Source: an uncultured Bacteroidales bacterium (lineage in GTDB: Bacteria; Bacteroidota; Bacteroidia; Bacteroidales; VadinHA17). Taken from it: a DNA stretch of 64,000 nucleotides. Below, in pieces: positions 49,367 to 59,204 of this stretch. How positions within the stretch are numbered: position 1 is the first letter of the stretch; every line of letters begins with the position of its first letter. Below the pieces are notes generated by a model. That model made no database searches. It was given only the letters and a program-made list of their open reading frames with translations, and was not told the origin of the DNA. The stretch lies in assembly GCA_963702415.1 (NCBI GenBank), contig CAVPCP010000025.1:29973-93972 (forward strand), in the 5' to 3' direction. The position numbers and the translations under genes are program-made.

Positions 49367-51102
49367 TTATCTTTTCAATTTGCTTGCAGTACTTTTTTTA
49401 ATATCAGCTTTTCTGCTGACTGCCATTTCTATTTTATCCTGTTCCAGTCGTTTAATCATATCTTGTTCTGTTCGTATCATTTTAATAGCTTCGGATTCTT
49501 CCGACTCAAAATCGGCATTCAAGGAAGCAATCTGAGCTTCCATTGCCTTGCGTTTTCGTTCTAATTCACGTTTTTTATGTTCAATATCATGCTTATGCGT
49601 CAACACTTCGGCATTTTCAAGAGCTTCCTGTGCAATACGGGCTGAGCCGGTTAATACTCCACTGGCACCAATATAAACCTCACGTAATTTTACACCATGG
49701 TTAGTCAGGATGAATTCGCGGATTTGGTTAGAGTTAGCCATTCCGCGCGATTTAAGAACATACATTCCCCTGTTCCGTTCACCGTTTAATTCAATATCAC
49801 GAAGCAATAACCAGGTATCTATCAGCGATGATATTCCGACATCAGAACTCTCCAATGTACTATCGCCGGAAGTCAGGCTGGTAAACAATGCTGTTATTTG
49901 ATTCAACTTAAGAAAATCAACAATACGCATTAACATCGTTTTTACTTCGTTCTCTTTATCACCAACAAAGAAAGTATTTATTGGATCCAGAATAACAATA
50001 TCAGGTTTGAAATGCTTTTACAGCTTTGTGAGTTACAGCCAGATGCATTTCAAGACCATAAAATGTTGGCCGGGTTGCCTGAAATTGTAAAAGTCCTTTT
50101 TGCACCCAGGTCTCTAATTTTATACCTATAGAACGCATATTGCGCATTAACTGGTTTGGAGATTCCTCGAAACAGAAATAAAGAACACGTTCACCTCTTT
50201 TACATGCAGCTTCTGCAAAGTGAGCTGCAATGCTCGTTTTTCCTACTCCCGCAGTACCGGAAACAAGTACGGTGCTGCCGCGGTAATAACCTTTCCCTTC
50301 GAGCATTGTATCAAGTTCAGTTATCCCACTTGAGATTCTTTCGTTTGATACAATATGTTCTAATCCTAAAGAAGTTACCGGTAATACTGAAAAGCCATTT
50401 TCATCAATCAGAAATGGATACTCATTTGTTCCATGCATTGAACCACGGTATTTTACAACCCGTAAACGGCGTGTAGAAGTCTGTTCCGTTACCCGATGGT
50501 CGAGCATAATGACACAATCTGAAACATATTCTTCCAAACCTTGCCTGGTATAAGTCTCTTCTCCACGCTCTCCCGTAATGATTGCAGGTAACACCTTTAT
50601 CTTTTAACCAGCGAAATAACCGCCGCAGTTCAGCGCGTAAGATAAGTTGGTTCGGCAATCCGGCAAACAGTGATTCAATGGTATCCAAAACAACACGTTT
50701 TGCCCCAATCGAATCAATTGCATAATTAAGCCGTATGAATAAGCCTTCCAGATCGTATTCCCCGGTTTCTTCTATTTCACTGCGCTCAATATGAACGTGT
50801 TCAAGTACAATTTTTTTATGTTTAATAAGGTCTTCCAGATCAAAACCGAGCGAAGCAACATTTTTGGTTAATTCTTCATTGGTTTCTTCGAATGACATAA
50901 ATACACCCGGTTCGTTAAACTGAGTTGTACCACGTACCAGAAACTCCATTCCAAAAAGTGTCTTTCCGCATCCTGCACCACCACATACGAGGGTGGGTCT
51001 GCCTGTTGGTAATCCACCGCCAGTTATTTCATCAAACCCCTGAATTCCCGTCGGAGATTTGGGGAGATTTTTATTTAAAATTTTGTGCTCTGTCTTTTTC
51101 AT
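49367..51102 (-). CDS. kaiC: double-domain KaiC (2 frameshifts, near 50585 and 50005)
   Basis: CI: TGIQGFDEITGGGLP, GGAGCGKT, SFEE, RVVLDTI, EEYVSDCV; CII: GTAGVGKT, FEES, ISSLIDTWLLLR, KSRGMANSNQIREF; C-terminal coiled coil. Confidence 0.95.
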
Positions 51103-51201
51103 TGATCTTTATATAGCCACAATATATAGTTATAGTCATAATCTGTTCAGTGGCAACGAGTTGATATTTAAGGCCTATTCTATTTTAAGAAAATCAATCT
51201 T

Positions 51202-51266
51202 TAAAGATTTAATTATTTTTTGAGATATGAATTACATAATTATTGAAAAATGTTACATAATTCACA
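51202..51266 (-). promoter_or_regulatory. regulon motif copy 6 (kaiC promoter)
   Basis: Reverse strand TGTGAATTATGTAA-N16-TGTAA-N22-AATCTTTA. Confidence 0.8.
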
Positions 51267-51423
51267 TATCTTCTTTCTCTATAGCGATTGAAAAACCATT
51301 AACCTTGACCGCCTTAATTTGAGTAAATATCCATAAAATAACTTGTCCGGAACACTCTTTACAACTTTGCTCTATCAAACCTCAGAAATCTCAAGCAAAA
51401 AAGGTAGACCGCTTTGTGTGATG

Positions 51424-51488
51424 CGTGAATTATGTAATATTTGCCGGGAATTGTGTAACTCTTCTGTTCCTGCCTGCCCCTAAATTTG
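51424..51488 (+). promoter_or_regulatory. regulon motif copy 7 (hybrid kinase promoter)
   Basis: CGTGAATTATGTAA-N16-TGTAA-N22-TAAATTTG. Confidence 0.82.
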
Positions 51489-51570
51489 TGTACTGCCATT
51501 CATTTAGAATTTAAATGAATGATTTGTTAATTATTTCGATTGATTGTCAACTCAATCTAAAATATTCAGT

Positions 51571-53556
51571 ATGGTAACACACAGCCTACAGGAATCCCGA
51601 TATGCCAGAAGCCTCATAGAGGCAAGTCTTGATCCATTGTTCACAATTAGTCCCGAAGGGAAAATTACTGATATAAACAATGCTTCGATAGACATAACAG
51701 AAGTAACCCGCGAGAATCTGATCGGCACAGATTTTTTTGAATACTTTACAGAACCTGAAAAAGCACGTGAAATTTATAAACAAGTATTCACTGAAGGTTT
51801 TGTAGCCGATTACCCTTTAACCATACGCGACGGCAAGCTTACTGAAGTATTGTTTAATGGCTCGGTTTATAAAGATGAGCGGGGAAAAGTGATTGGTGTT
51901 GTTGTTGTGGCAAGGGATATTACCGACCATAAAAGAGTTGAGAAAGAATTGAAGGAGGCTAAAGTGAATGCTGAGTCTGCAACGCAAATCGCCGTAGTAG
52001 CACAAAGTAAAGCTGAAAGCGCCACACACATTGCTGAAGAAGCTGTGAGATCCAAGCAACAGTTTTTGTCGAACATGAGCCATGAGATCCGGACACCAAT
52101 GAATGCAATTATAGGGTTTACAAAAGTATTACTGAAATCAGAACTCGACACAAAACAGAGAGAGTATTTAAACGCCATTAAGATGAGTGGTGATGCTTTG
52201 ACAGTTTTGATCAACGACATTCTCGACCTTGCAAAAGTGGATGCCGGGAAAATGATATTTGAGCAGATACCTTTCAAAATGGATGCGTCAATATCTGCCA
52301 TGATTCATTTGTTTGAAACAAAAATTCAGGAAAAAAATCTGCTTTTGATAAAAGAATATGACAATAAAATTCCGAAAGTATTGATTGGTGATCCCGTTCG
52401 TCTGCATCAGATCATCTTGAACCTGCTAAGCAATGCGGTTAAGTTTACATCAAAGGGGAAGGTTACTATGAGCGTGAAATTAATCAGTGAAGATGAGGAG
52501 AAGGTAATAATTGAATTTTCAGTTACTGATACCGGAATCGGGATCCCGGAAGACAGACTTGGTCATATTTTTGAGAACTTTCAGCAGGCATCCAGCGAAA
52601 CTGCAAGGTTGTATGGAGGTACAGGCCTGGGACTTGCCATTTCTAAACAATTGGTAGAATCGCAGGGGGGGAGCATTACTGTAAAAAGTAAAATGGAAGA
52701 AGGCTCAATGTTTAGGTTTGTTTTACCATTTCAGAAAACAGATGCTGAGGTCGAGTTAGAGAAGGTGATGAATATTCTGAATACCAGAGTTCAAAATATT
52801 AAAGTACTGGTTGTTGAAGATATAGCTCTCAATCAATTACTGATGAAAACACTCTTAGACGATTTTGGATTTAAACTTGATATTGCTGACAATGGAAAAA
52901 CAGCTATAGAAAAACTACAGAATAATTCGTATGATATTATTTTAATGGACCTGCATATGCCTGAGATGAACGGTTTTGAAGCAACCGAATACATTCGCAA
53001 CAAAATGAATTCTCAGATTCCAATAATCGCTTTAACTGCTGATGTAACTACTGCTGATTTAAGAAGATGCACAGCTGTAGGAATGAATGATTATATCTCA
53101 AAACCTCTTGACGAACAATTATTATACGGTAAAATACTTAAATTGTTAAAGATAGTCGACCTGTCAAAGGATAGCCAAATGCCGCCGGTGAAGACAAGAA
53201 TTACCAATTTGACTTATCTGAACCAACGTACTAAAGCCAATCCGGAACTCATGACGGAAATGATTGGGCTTTATTTGAAGCAGACACTCCCATTGATAAG
53301 CAAATTGAAACAAAGCATGAACAATAATGACTGGAATTCGGTGTATGAAGCTGCTCATAAATTGATTCCTTCATTTTCAATAATGGGCATAAACAAAGAT
53401 TTTGAAGAGACTGCAAGAAAAATTCAGGAATATTCGAATACAAAAAAGCAACTTAAGGAAGTGCCTGAAATGGTTCTGCAACTTGAAACCGTTTGTTCCA
53501 AAGCATGCGAAGAACTGGAAGAAGAGTTAAATATCATCAAAAAATCCAAAGGATGA
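51571..53556 (+). CDS. cytoplasmic PAS hybrid histidine kinase (PAS-HisKA-HATPase-REC-Hpt)
   Basis: YARSLIEASLDP PAS, FLSNMSHEIRTPMN, NAVKFT, DTGIGI, GGTGLGL, ILMDLHMP, AAHKL; no TM segment. Confidence 0.93.
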   Translation: MVTHSLQESRYARSLIEASLDPLFTISPEGKITDINNASIDITEVTRENLIGTDFFEYFTEPEKAREIYKQVFTEGFVADYPLTIRDGKLTEVLFNGSVYKDERGKVIGVVVVARDITDHKRVEKELKEAKVNAESATQIAVVAQSKAESATHIAEEAVRSKQQFLSNMSHEIRTPMNAIIGFTKVLLKSELDTKQREYLNAIKMSGDALTVLINDILDLAKVDAGKMIFEQIPFKMDASISAMIHLFETKIQEKNLLLIKEYDNKIPKVLIGDPVRLHQIILNLLSNAVKFTSKGKVTMSVKLISEDEEKVIIEFSVTDTGIGIPEDRLGHIFENFQQASSETARLYGGTGLGLAISKQLVESQGGSITVKSKMEEGSMFRFVLPFQKTDAEVELEKVMNILNTRVQNIKVLVVEDIALNQLLMKTLLDDFGFKLDIADNGKTAIEKLQNNSYDIILMDLHMPEMNGFEATEYIRNKMNSQIPIIALTADVTTADLRRCTAVGMNDYISKPLDEQLLYGKILKLLKIVDLSKDSQMPPVKTRITNLTYLNQRTKANPELMTEMIGLYLKQTLPLISKLKQSMNNNDWNSVYEAAHKLIPSFSIMGINKDFEETARKIQEYSNTKKQLKEVPEMVLQLETVCSKACEELEEELNIIKKSKG

Positions 53557-53987
53557 AGGAAGATACTAAAATATTGCTTTTCCTGGTTGATGATGATGCT
53601 TTGTTCTTAAAATCATTGGAGATAGAATTTGGAGATAATACTGAATCTGTTATACAAACATATGCGACAGGGGAGCTCTGTCTCGAAAATATAACACAAA
53701 ATCCCGATGTTATAATTCTGGATTACCATCTTAACAGTGTTGATAAAAATGCAATAAACGGGCTGGAAACACTCGACAGAATAAAAAAAGTCAATCAGAC
53801 GATACCTGTCGTGATGCTCTCCTCGCAGGATAAGATAGAGGTGGCAGTGAATTGCATGAAACACCAGGCTTATGATTATATTGTTAAAAGTGAAACTGCT
53901 TTTATCCGGTTGCAGAAAACCATAACCACCATTTTTCATTATCAGAAATTAGAAAAGGCATTAAGCTGGTATATGGAGAAGATGTAA
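53553..53987 (+). CDS. single-domain response regulator
   Basis: ATG 53553 overlaps the kinase stop (ATGA); FLVDDD, IILDYHL, MLSS, YDYIVK. Confidence 0.9.
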   Translation: MKEDTKILLFLVDDDALFLKSLEIEFGDNTESVIQTYATGELCLENITQNPDVIILDYHLNSVDKNAINGLETLDRIKKVNQTIPVVMLSSQDKIEVAVNCMKHQAYDYIVKSETAFIRLQKTITTIFHYQKLEKALSWYMEKM

Positions 53988-54002
53988 CAACAACAGGTAC
54001 AA

Positions 54003-55844
54003 ATGTTGTTAAGGAAATTTTTCATACTTTTTTTTGTTACAATTTCAATAAGTGAATTTGCCAATGCACAGCAGGACAGTGTCAAAACAGATTCAACTCA
54101 GCTGTACAATAATATAGAATCCTATTCGAAGCGAAGTAAGTTTAACGGATTTATTTACCGGTTGATTTTTAAACCGGCTGCGACCGACTCAACAATTAAA
54201 GCAGCTAAAAGGAGAGCTTATAAAAAGCTGCTTCAAAATCAATACAACACCTTTGAAGGAAAAATCATCCGCAATATCGATATAGAAACTCTGGATCCTT
54301 TTGGATACTCAGTCTCTGATACCACGGTTAAAAGACAGAATATCTTATCCAAAGCAGGGAATTGGATGCATATAAAATCACAAGGTATTACGATCAGAAA
54401 TCTCTTGCTTATCCGTAAGAATCAATCTTTCAATACATTACTTGTGAAAGAATCGGAGCGTTTGATCCGCAGCCAGAAATATGTGCATGATGTTTCTTTT
54501 AATATTATAGCGGCTGGGGCAGGATCCGATTCAGTAGATATACTTATTCGTGAACTGGATAACTGGAGCATCATTCCGGAAGGATTTCTTATGACTTCAA
54601 AAATCAATGCCGGGTTGACTGATAAGAACTTTTTGGGGACCGGTCATGAATTCCGAAATGTATTTTCAAGGAATTTTATAGGGGAAATAAATTCCTTTAA
54701 TACATACTATTCTGTTCCAAACTTTCGTAACTCATACATCAGCACTAAGTTGCATTTTGGTTTTGACGGCTATGGAAATTACGCAAGGAGTGTTATCATT
54801 GACCGTCCTTTCTTTTCCCCGTTAGCTAAATGGGCAGCTGGTGTAACTTTAGCTTCTCAAACCAGAAAGGATTCCCTCCAGGATATAAATTCGGTTTATG
54901 TTCCTGTAACTTTGAAATTCGGGACACAGGATTACTGGGCAGGTAAAGCACTGCATCTTTTTAAAGGCAGCTCAGAAGAGGCCCTTGTAACCAATTTAAT
55001 CTTGGCCGCCCGATATCTGCATATACGATATACTGAAGAACCACCCGAGCTTTTGGATCCATTTCATAATTATTCCAGCGAAGACTTTTTTCTGGCTGAA
55101 GCCGGAATTTCCACAAGGAAATATGTACAGGATAAATACATCTTCCGATTCGGTATTAAAGAAGATGTACCAATCGGCAGCGTATACTCCTTAACAGGAG
55201 GTTACCAGATTAAGAATAATACTGGCCGGTTGTATTTCGGTTTGCGGGTCTATTTTGGGAACTATTACGAATGGGGATTCCTGAGTTCCAACTTCGAATA
55301 CGGAACATTCTTTAAAGCATCACATACCGAACAGGGTGTAGTGACAGCAGGCGTAAATTATTTTACCGGGTTATTTGAAATCGGAAAATGGAAATTCAGG
55401 CAGTTTGTTAAGCCACAGATGACGGTTGGCATTAACAGGTTTTCAAGTGATAGCCTGACGCTTAATGACAAATATGGCCTGGATGGATTTAACAGTCGCG
55501 TATTGTCGGGAACTAACCGCATTCTCTTCACTTTACAGACTCAGTCATACGCCCCGGGGAATTTAATCGGATTCCGTTTTGGGCCTTTTATTTCCTATTC
55601 GCTCGGCATGCTTAGCGATGCAGAAACAGGATTTAAAAACAGCAGAGTATATTCACAGATCAGTTTGGGGGTCCTGATTAAAAACGAGAACCTGATCTTT
55701 AACCCTTTTCAGATTTCCATCTCTTTTTATCCATTAATCCCGGGAACCGGACAGAATGTATTTAGGGTGAACTCATTTAAAACAACTGATTTTGGTTTCA
55801 GGGATTTTGAAATTGGGAAACCCGGACAGATGATGTATCAATGA
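54003..55844 (+). CDS. Omp85/TamA-like outer-membrane protein
   Basis: Signal; POTRA-like ESERLIR segment; DNWSI, DKNFLGTGH, RPFFSP barrel motifs. Confidence 0.65.
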   Translation: MLLRKFFILFFVTISISEFANAQQDSVKTDSTQLYNNIESYSKRSKFNGFIYRLIFKPAATDSTIKAAKRRAYKKLLQNQYNTFEGKIIRNIDIETLDPFGYSVSDTTVKRQNILSKAGNWMHIKSQGITIRNLLLIRKNQSFNTLLVKESERLIRSQKYVHDVSFNIIAAGAGSDSVDILIRELDNWSIIPEGFLMTSKINAGLTDKNFLGTGHEFRNVFSRNFIGEINSFNTYYSVPNFRNSYISTKLHFGFDGYGNYARSVIIDRPFFSPLAKWAAGVTLASQTRKDSLQDINSVYVPVTLKFGTQDYWAGKALHLFKGSSEEALVTNLILAARYLHIRYTEEPPELLDPFHNYSSEDFFLAEAGISTRKYVQDKYIFRFGIKEDVPIGSVYSLTGGYQIKNNTGRLYFGLRVYFGNYYEWGFLSSNFEYGTFFKASHTEQGVVTAGVNYFTGLFEIGKWKFRQFVKPQMTVGINRFSSDSLTLNDKYGLDGFNSRVLSGTNRILFTLQTQSYAPGNLIGFRFGPFISYSLGMLSDAETGFKNSRVYSQISLGVLIKNENLIFNPFQISISFYPLIPGTGQNVFRVNSFKTTDFGFRDFEIGKPGQMMYQ

Positions 55845-55894
55845 AATAAAAGCTGAATTGCTTTTCTGGCTGATCGGGGCATAATCTAAAAATA

Positions 55895-55958
55895 TGTAAA
55901 TCATGTAAATCTGTATTGGAATTCTGTAACATTTCAGGTGTCAACGGATTTATTTTTG
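55895..55958 (+). promoter_or_regulatory. regulon motif copy 8
   Basis: TGTAAATCATGTAA-N16-TGTAA-N21-TATTTTTG. Confidence 0.78.
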
Positions 55959-55994
55959 CCTGATGGATATTCATTGTTAATTGATTTGAAAAAA

Positions 55995-56207
55995 ATGAAT
56001 TCAACAAAATCAAATTTAATCCGGAACAGCAGGAGAAGCGGGCTCAGACAGAATCCGGTTGCCATAATTAACAATCAGGTTTCAATCGAAGAAGAAAGGA
56101 AATATGAGATGTTAGGAAACCTGCGTAAAAGGCTTGGCAAATCAAAAGAAGAATTTAACAGGATCCTGGAGTTTTACAAACACCTCCTTGAAAACAGAAC
56201 CCTGTAA
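55995..56207 (+). CDS. small protein with CsbD-like C-terminal helix pair; paralog of 29575-29820
   Basis: MLGNLRKRLGKSKEEFNRIL; the ATG at 55995 lies downstream of the promoter motif. Confidence 0.6.
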   Translation: MNSTKSNLIRNSRRSGLRQNPVAIINNQVSIEEERKYEMLGNLRKRLGKSKEEFNRILEFYKHLLENRTL

Positions 56208-56251
56208 TACCAGCTTGTAATCGTTTAATATTCAATGCTTTTAATTAAAGA

Positions 56252-56316
56252 TGTGAATTATGTAACTTATTACCACAATTGTGTAACACTCCCTGTGCAG
56301 GAGAGAGATACCTTTA
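56252..56316 (+). promoter_or_regulatory. regulon motif copy 9
   Basis: TGTGAATTATGTAA-N16-TGTAA-N22-TACCTTTA. Confidence 0.82.
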
Positions 56317-56434
56317 CCATTAGTAACTTAATTAAAGATAAAACTGGTACCAATGAACATTATTTCCTTTAAAAAACCAAAATCCAATAGAGTTGCACTT
56401 TTGGTGGATCTATTAATAATTAAAATCAAATAAG

Positions 56435-56755
56435 ATGAAAAAGATTGTTCTTTGTTTTATGGTGACATTCATGTCCCTGGCGTTTGTCCCGCTTCAATTA
56501 AAAGCTGTGACACCTGAGGAACCTTCCTCCATACCTGCTCCAAAACCTGTCGATTCAGCAGAAGTTAAAATCATGTTGCTAAGGTTAGATGAAATAAAGG
56601 CAACGGATATGTCGAATATGAAATCGGAGGAAAAGAAAGAGTTACGAAAAGAAGTAAAGTCAATCAAACATAATCTGAGAGAAGTAGGCGGCGGCGTATA
56701 TCTTTCAGTTGCTGCAATTGTTCTGATTATAGTTCTGTTAGTTGTTTTACTGTAA
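56435..56755 (+). CDS. small exported protein with C-terminal TM helix
   Basis: Signal, RLDEIK..D.S......EKKELRKEV, GGVYLSVAAIVLII. Confidence 0.75.
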   Translation: MKKIVLCFMVTFMSLAFVPLQLKAVTPEEPSSIPAPKPVDSAEVKIMLLRLDEIKATDMSNMKSEEKKELRKEVKSIKHNLREVGGGVYLSVAAIVLIIVLLVVLL

Positions 56756-56774
56756 ATAATAAAAATTTAAAATC

Positions 56775-56930
56775 ATGGGAAATTTACTTTATGTTGTAGC
56801 AGTTGTCCTTCTTATAGCATGGGCAATCGGATTTGTAGGCTTTCATGCCGGAGGTATCATACACGTTCTCCTTGTTATTGCAATCATTGCAGTAATACTC
56901 AGGGTTATTCAGGGGAAAAAAGTCATCTAA
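56775..56930 (+). CDS. lmo0937/DUF5670 family small membrane protein
   Basis: Below the track cutoff; translates to MGNLLYVVAVVLLIAWAIGFVGFHAGGIIHVLLVIAIIAVILRVIQGKKVI*. Confidence 0.88.
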   Translation: MGNLLYVVAVVLLIAWAIGFVGFHAGGIIHVLLVIAIIAVILRVIQGKKVI

Positions 56931-57072
56931 ATTGATTAATTCAGAAATTAATCAAATTAAAATTAACGCGTTAATAACAAACATTTAGTCCACTTTGAAT
57001 AGTCACTGTGAAGTAAAGAAACAAATAAACCGATGACTGTCTGGAGTGGACTTATTATTTAAAAACAAAATT

Positions 57073-57336
57073 ATGAGCTCAGGAAAAGTATTATTAGGCT
57101 TACTGGCCGGTGTTGCTGCCGGTGCATTATTGGGGATATTATTTGCCCCGGAAAAAGGTTCTGTCACCCGCAAAAAAATGTCTAAAAAGGCAGAAAAATA
57201 CGGGGATGATTTAAAAGAAAAATTCAATGAATTTGTTGACGATATCTCCGAAAAATTTGGAGAGGTCAAGGATGACATTTCTGACTTTGTAGAACCTAAA
57301 AAGTCCAGAACAGAAACTTCTCAAAAAGACGAATAA
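57073..57336 (+). CDS. YtxH domain protein
   Basis: MSSGKVLLGLLAGVAAGALLGILFAPEKGSVTRKK. Confidence 0.9.
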   Translation: MSSGKVLLGLLAGVAAGALLGILFAPEKGSVTRKKMSKKAEKYGDDLKEKFNEFVDDISEKFGEVKDDISDFVEPKKSRTETSQKDE

Positions 57337-57355
57337 ACTGCCACAGGCCGAAGCC

Positions 57356-57697
57356 ATGGAAGACAATACAAAGCTTATTGAGTCACTGCTTGAAAGGACT
57401 GCTGAATATGGCAAAGCGAGCTTTGAATTAGTAAAACTTAAAGCTCTTGATAAAACGTCAGACGCAGTTTCCTCATTAATACCGCATTCTGTTGTATTGG
57501 TATTAGCTGCTATATTCATGCTTTTCCTTAATCTGGGATTAGCTTTCTGGCTTGGAGAAATTTTGGGAAGGACCTTTTACGGATTTTTTGTCGTTGCTGC
57601 TTTTTATGGTTGTATAGGTTTTGTTTTGCATTTCTTTATGCATAAATGGCTTAAAAAGATTGCCGGGAATTTTTTCATTAAACATGTGTTAAAATAA
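57356..57697 (+). CDS. holin-like (YqjE/DUF1469-type) two-TM membrane protein
   Basis: EYGK..ELVKLK..DKT, two TM helices, GFFVVAAFY; follows ytxH. Confidence 0.7.
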   Translation: MEDNTKLIESLLERTAEYGKASFELVKLKALDKTSDAVSSLIPHSVVLVLAAIFMLFLNLGLAFWLGEILGRTFYGFFVVAAFYGCIGFVLHFFMHKWLKKIAGNFFIKHVLK

Positions 57698-57702
57698 AAT
57701 CC

Positions 57703-58101
57703 ATGCAAAAAATAGCATCCGTTGCCGAGCTTAAAAATGCAATTCAAATATTGGAAGTTGAACAATCTGAAAAGGGACAGCTTCTGAAAGAACAATTCTT
57801 CATTACTTATAAAAGCTTAAGGCCTGGCAATTTTCTCAGGAGCACGATGAAAGATATTTCTACGTCGCCATATCTGTTCGATAACATCTTAGGCGCTGCC
57901 ATGGGTTTGGTTTCCGGATTTATATCAAGAAAAATATTTATTGGTGCATCAGGCAATAAACTAAAAAAGCTCATCGGTCATGTTTTGCAGTTTGGCATTA
58001 TAAACTTTGTTGCCATGCATCCCGGAGCCATTAAAACAATCGGCTGGTCTATAATTCAACGTTTTACCCGCAAAAATAGAATGAATTCCATAAAGCCGTG
58101 A
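57703..58101 (+). CDS. hypothetical protein of the ytxH/holin-like cassette
   Basis: 132-aa ORF tightly coupled to both neighbours. Confidence 0.65.
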   Translation: MQKIASVAELKNAIQILEVEQSEKGQLLKEQFFITYKSLRPGNFLRSTMKDISTSPYLFDNILGAAMGLVSGFISRKIFIGASGNKLKKLIGHVLQFGIINFVAMHPGAIKTIGWSIIQRFTRKNRMNSIKP

Positions 58102-59204
58102 CAGATGAGAAATTAAAATTGCCGCTTATCATAAAAGCATCAGTTTCTGTCATTGGCCTGGTTGCCCTGTTTGCTGTCTTATACATCGCGAAGGGAATTA
58201 TTTTACCGGTCGTTTTCGCAGTCATTTTTGCTATTGTACTCCATCCGCTTGTAAATTTCTTCGTTGATAAAAAAATAAACAGGGTATTAGCTATTGTAAT
58301 CACTCTGTTCCTTACCTTATTAGTCATTACTTCTTTCGGCATTCTCTTCTTTTCTCAGGCAAGCCGGTTCAGCGAATCATGGCCGATACTGATCGATAAA
58401 TTTACCGAAATGTTCAACCAGACTATCACATGGGCTTCGGGTTATTTCGATATAAACGCACAAAAAATCCATGAATGGTTTGCAAATACTAAAAGTCAAC
58501 TCATCACTTCCAGTACCGCTGCCATAGGGAAAACACTGGTATCTGTCGGCAGCCTTTTAGTGGTTTTGTTTTTAATCCCTGTCTACGTATTTATGCTATT
58601 ATTTTACCACCCCATCTTAATTGAGTTTATACACAGATTATTTGGCACCAGCAACCGGATTCAGGTTAACCTTATTGTAACTAAGACCAAAAGCGTTATT
58701 CAACGTTATCTTATAGGACTGGTTATCGAGGCTGCAATAGTAGCAACACTGAATATAGTCGCTCTTTTACTGCTTGGAATTGAATACCCTGTACTGCTTG
58801 GTATTTTTGGCGCATTGGTCAACGTAATTCCATATATCGGAGGAATTATCGGGGTTGCAGTATTTATGCTGGTCGCGTTAATTACCAAATCGCCAGTTTA
58901 CATGATTTATATTATTGTGATTTATTCAGTCGTTCAGTTCATAGACAATCACTACATCGTTCCCAAAATAGTTGCCTCTAAAGTAAGAATCAATGCCCTT
59001 TTCGCCATAATAGCCGTAATTGCAGGGAATGCTTTATGGGGAATACCCGGTATGTTCCTTTCCATTCCCCTCCTTGCCATTGTAAAACTTATTTGCGACA
59101 ATATCGAACCATTGAATTCCTGGGGATTTCTATTGGGCGACACAATGCCTCCATTGATAAAAATAAAACCACTTTTTAAGAAGGCAAATATTAAATCTAC
59201 ATGA
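58098..59204 (+). CDS. AI-2E family transporter
   Basis: Multi-TM; IPYIG, QFIDNHYIVPKIV, WGIPGMFLSIP. Confidence 0.92.
   Translation: MTDEKLKLPLIIKASVSVIGLVALFAVLYIAKGIILPVVFAVIFAIVLHPLVNFFVDKKINRVLAIVITLFLTLLVITSFGILFFSQASRFSESWPILIDKFTEMFNQTITWASGYFDINAQKIHEWFANTKSQLITSSTAAIGKTLVSVGSLLVVLFLIPVYVFMLLFYHPILIEFIHRLFGTSNRIQVNLIVTKTKSVIQRYLIGLVIEAAIVATLNIVALLLLGIEYPVLLGIFGALVNVIPYIGGIIGVAVFMLVALITKSPVYMIYIIVIYSVVQFIDNHYIVPKIVASKVRINALFAIIAVIAGNALWGIPGMFLSIPLLAIVKLICDNIEPLNSWGFLLGDTMPPLIKIKPLFKKANIKST

Noticed and set aside
50001-50594. Programmed frameshifting in kaiC or ccsBA
   Set aside because: No consistent slippery site or stimulatory structure; similar breaks hit unrelated genes, which favours sequencing error.
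47863-51102. True circadian oscillator
   Set aside because: No kaiA in the window and KaiC has SS rather than ST; sequence alone cannot show self-sustained rhythm.
57356-57697. Prophage inferred from the holin-like gene
   Set aside because: No integrase, endolysin or structural genes; the family is common in ytxH stress cassettes.
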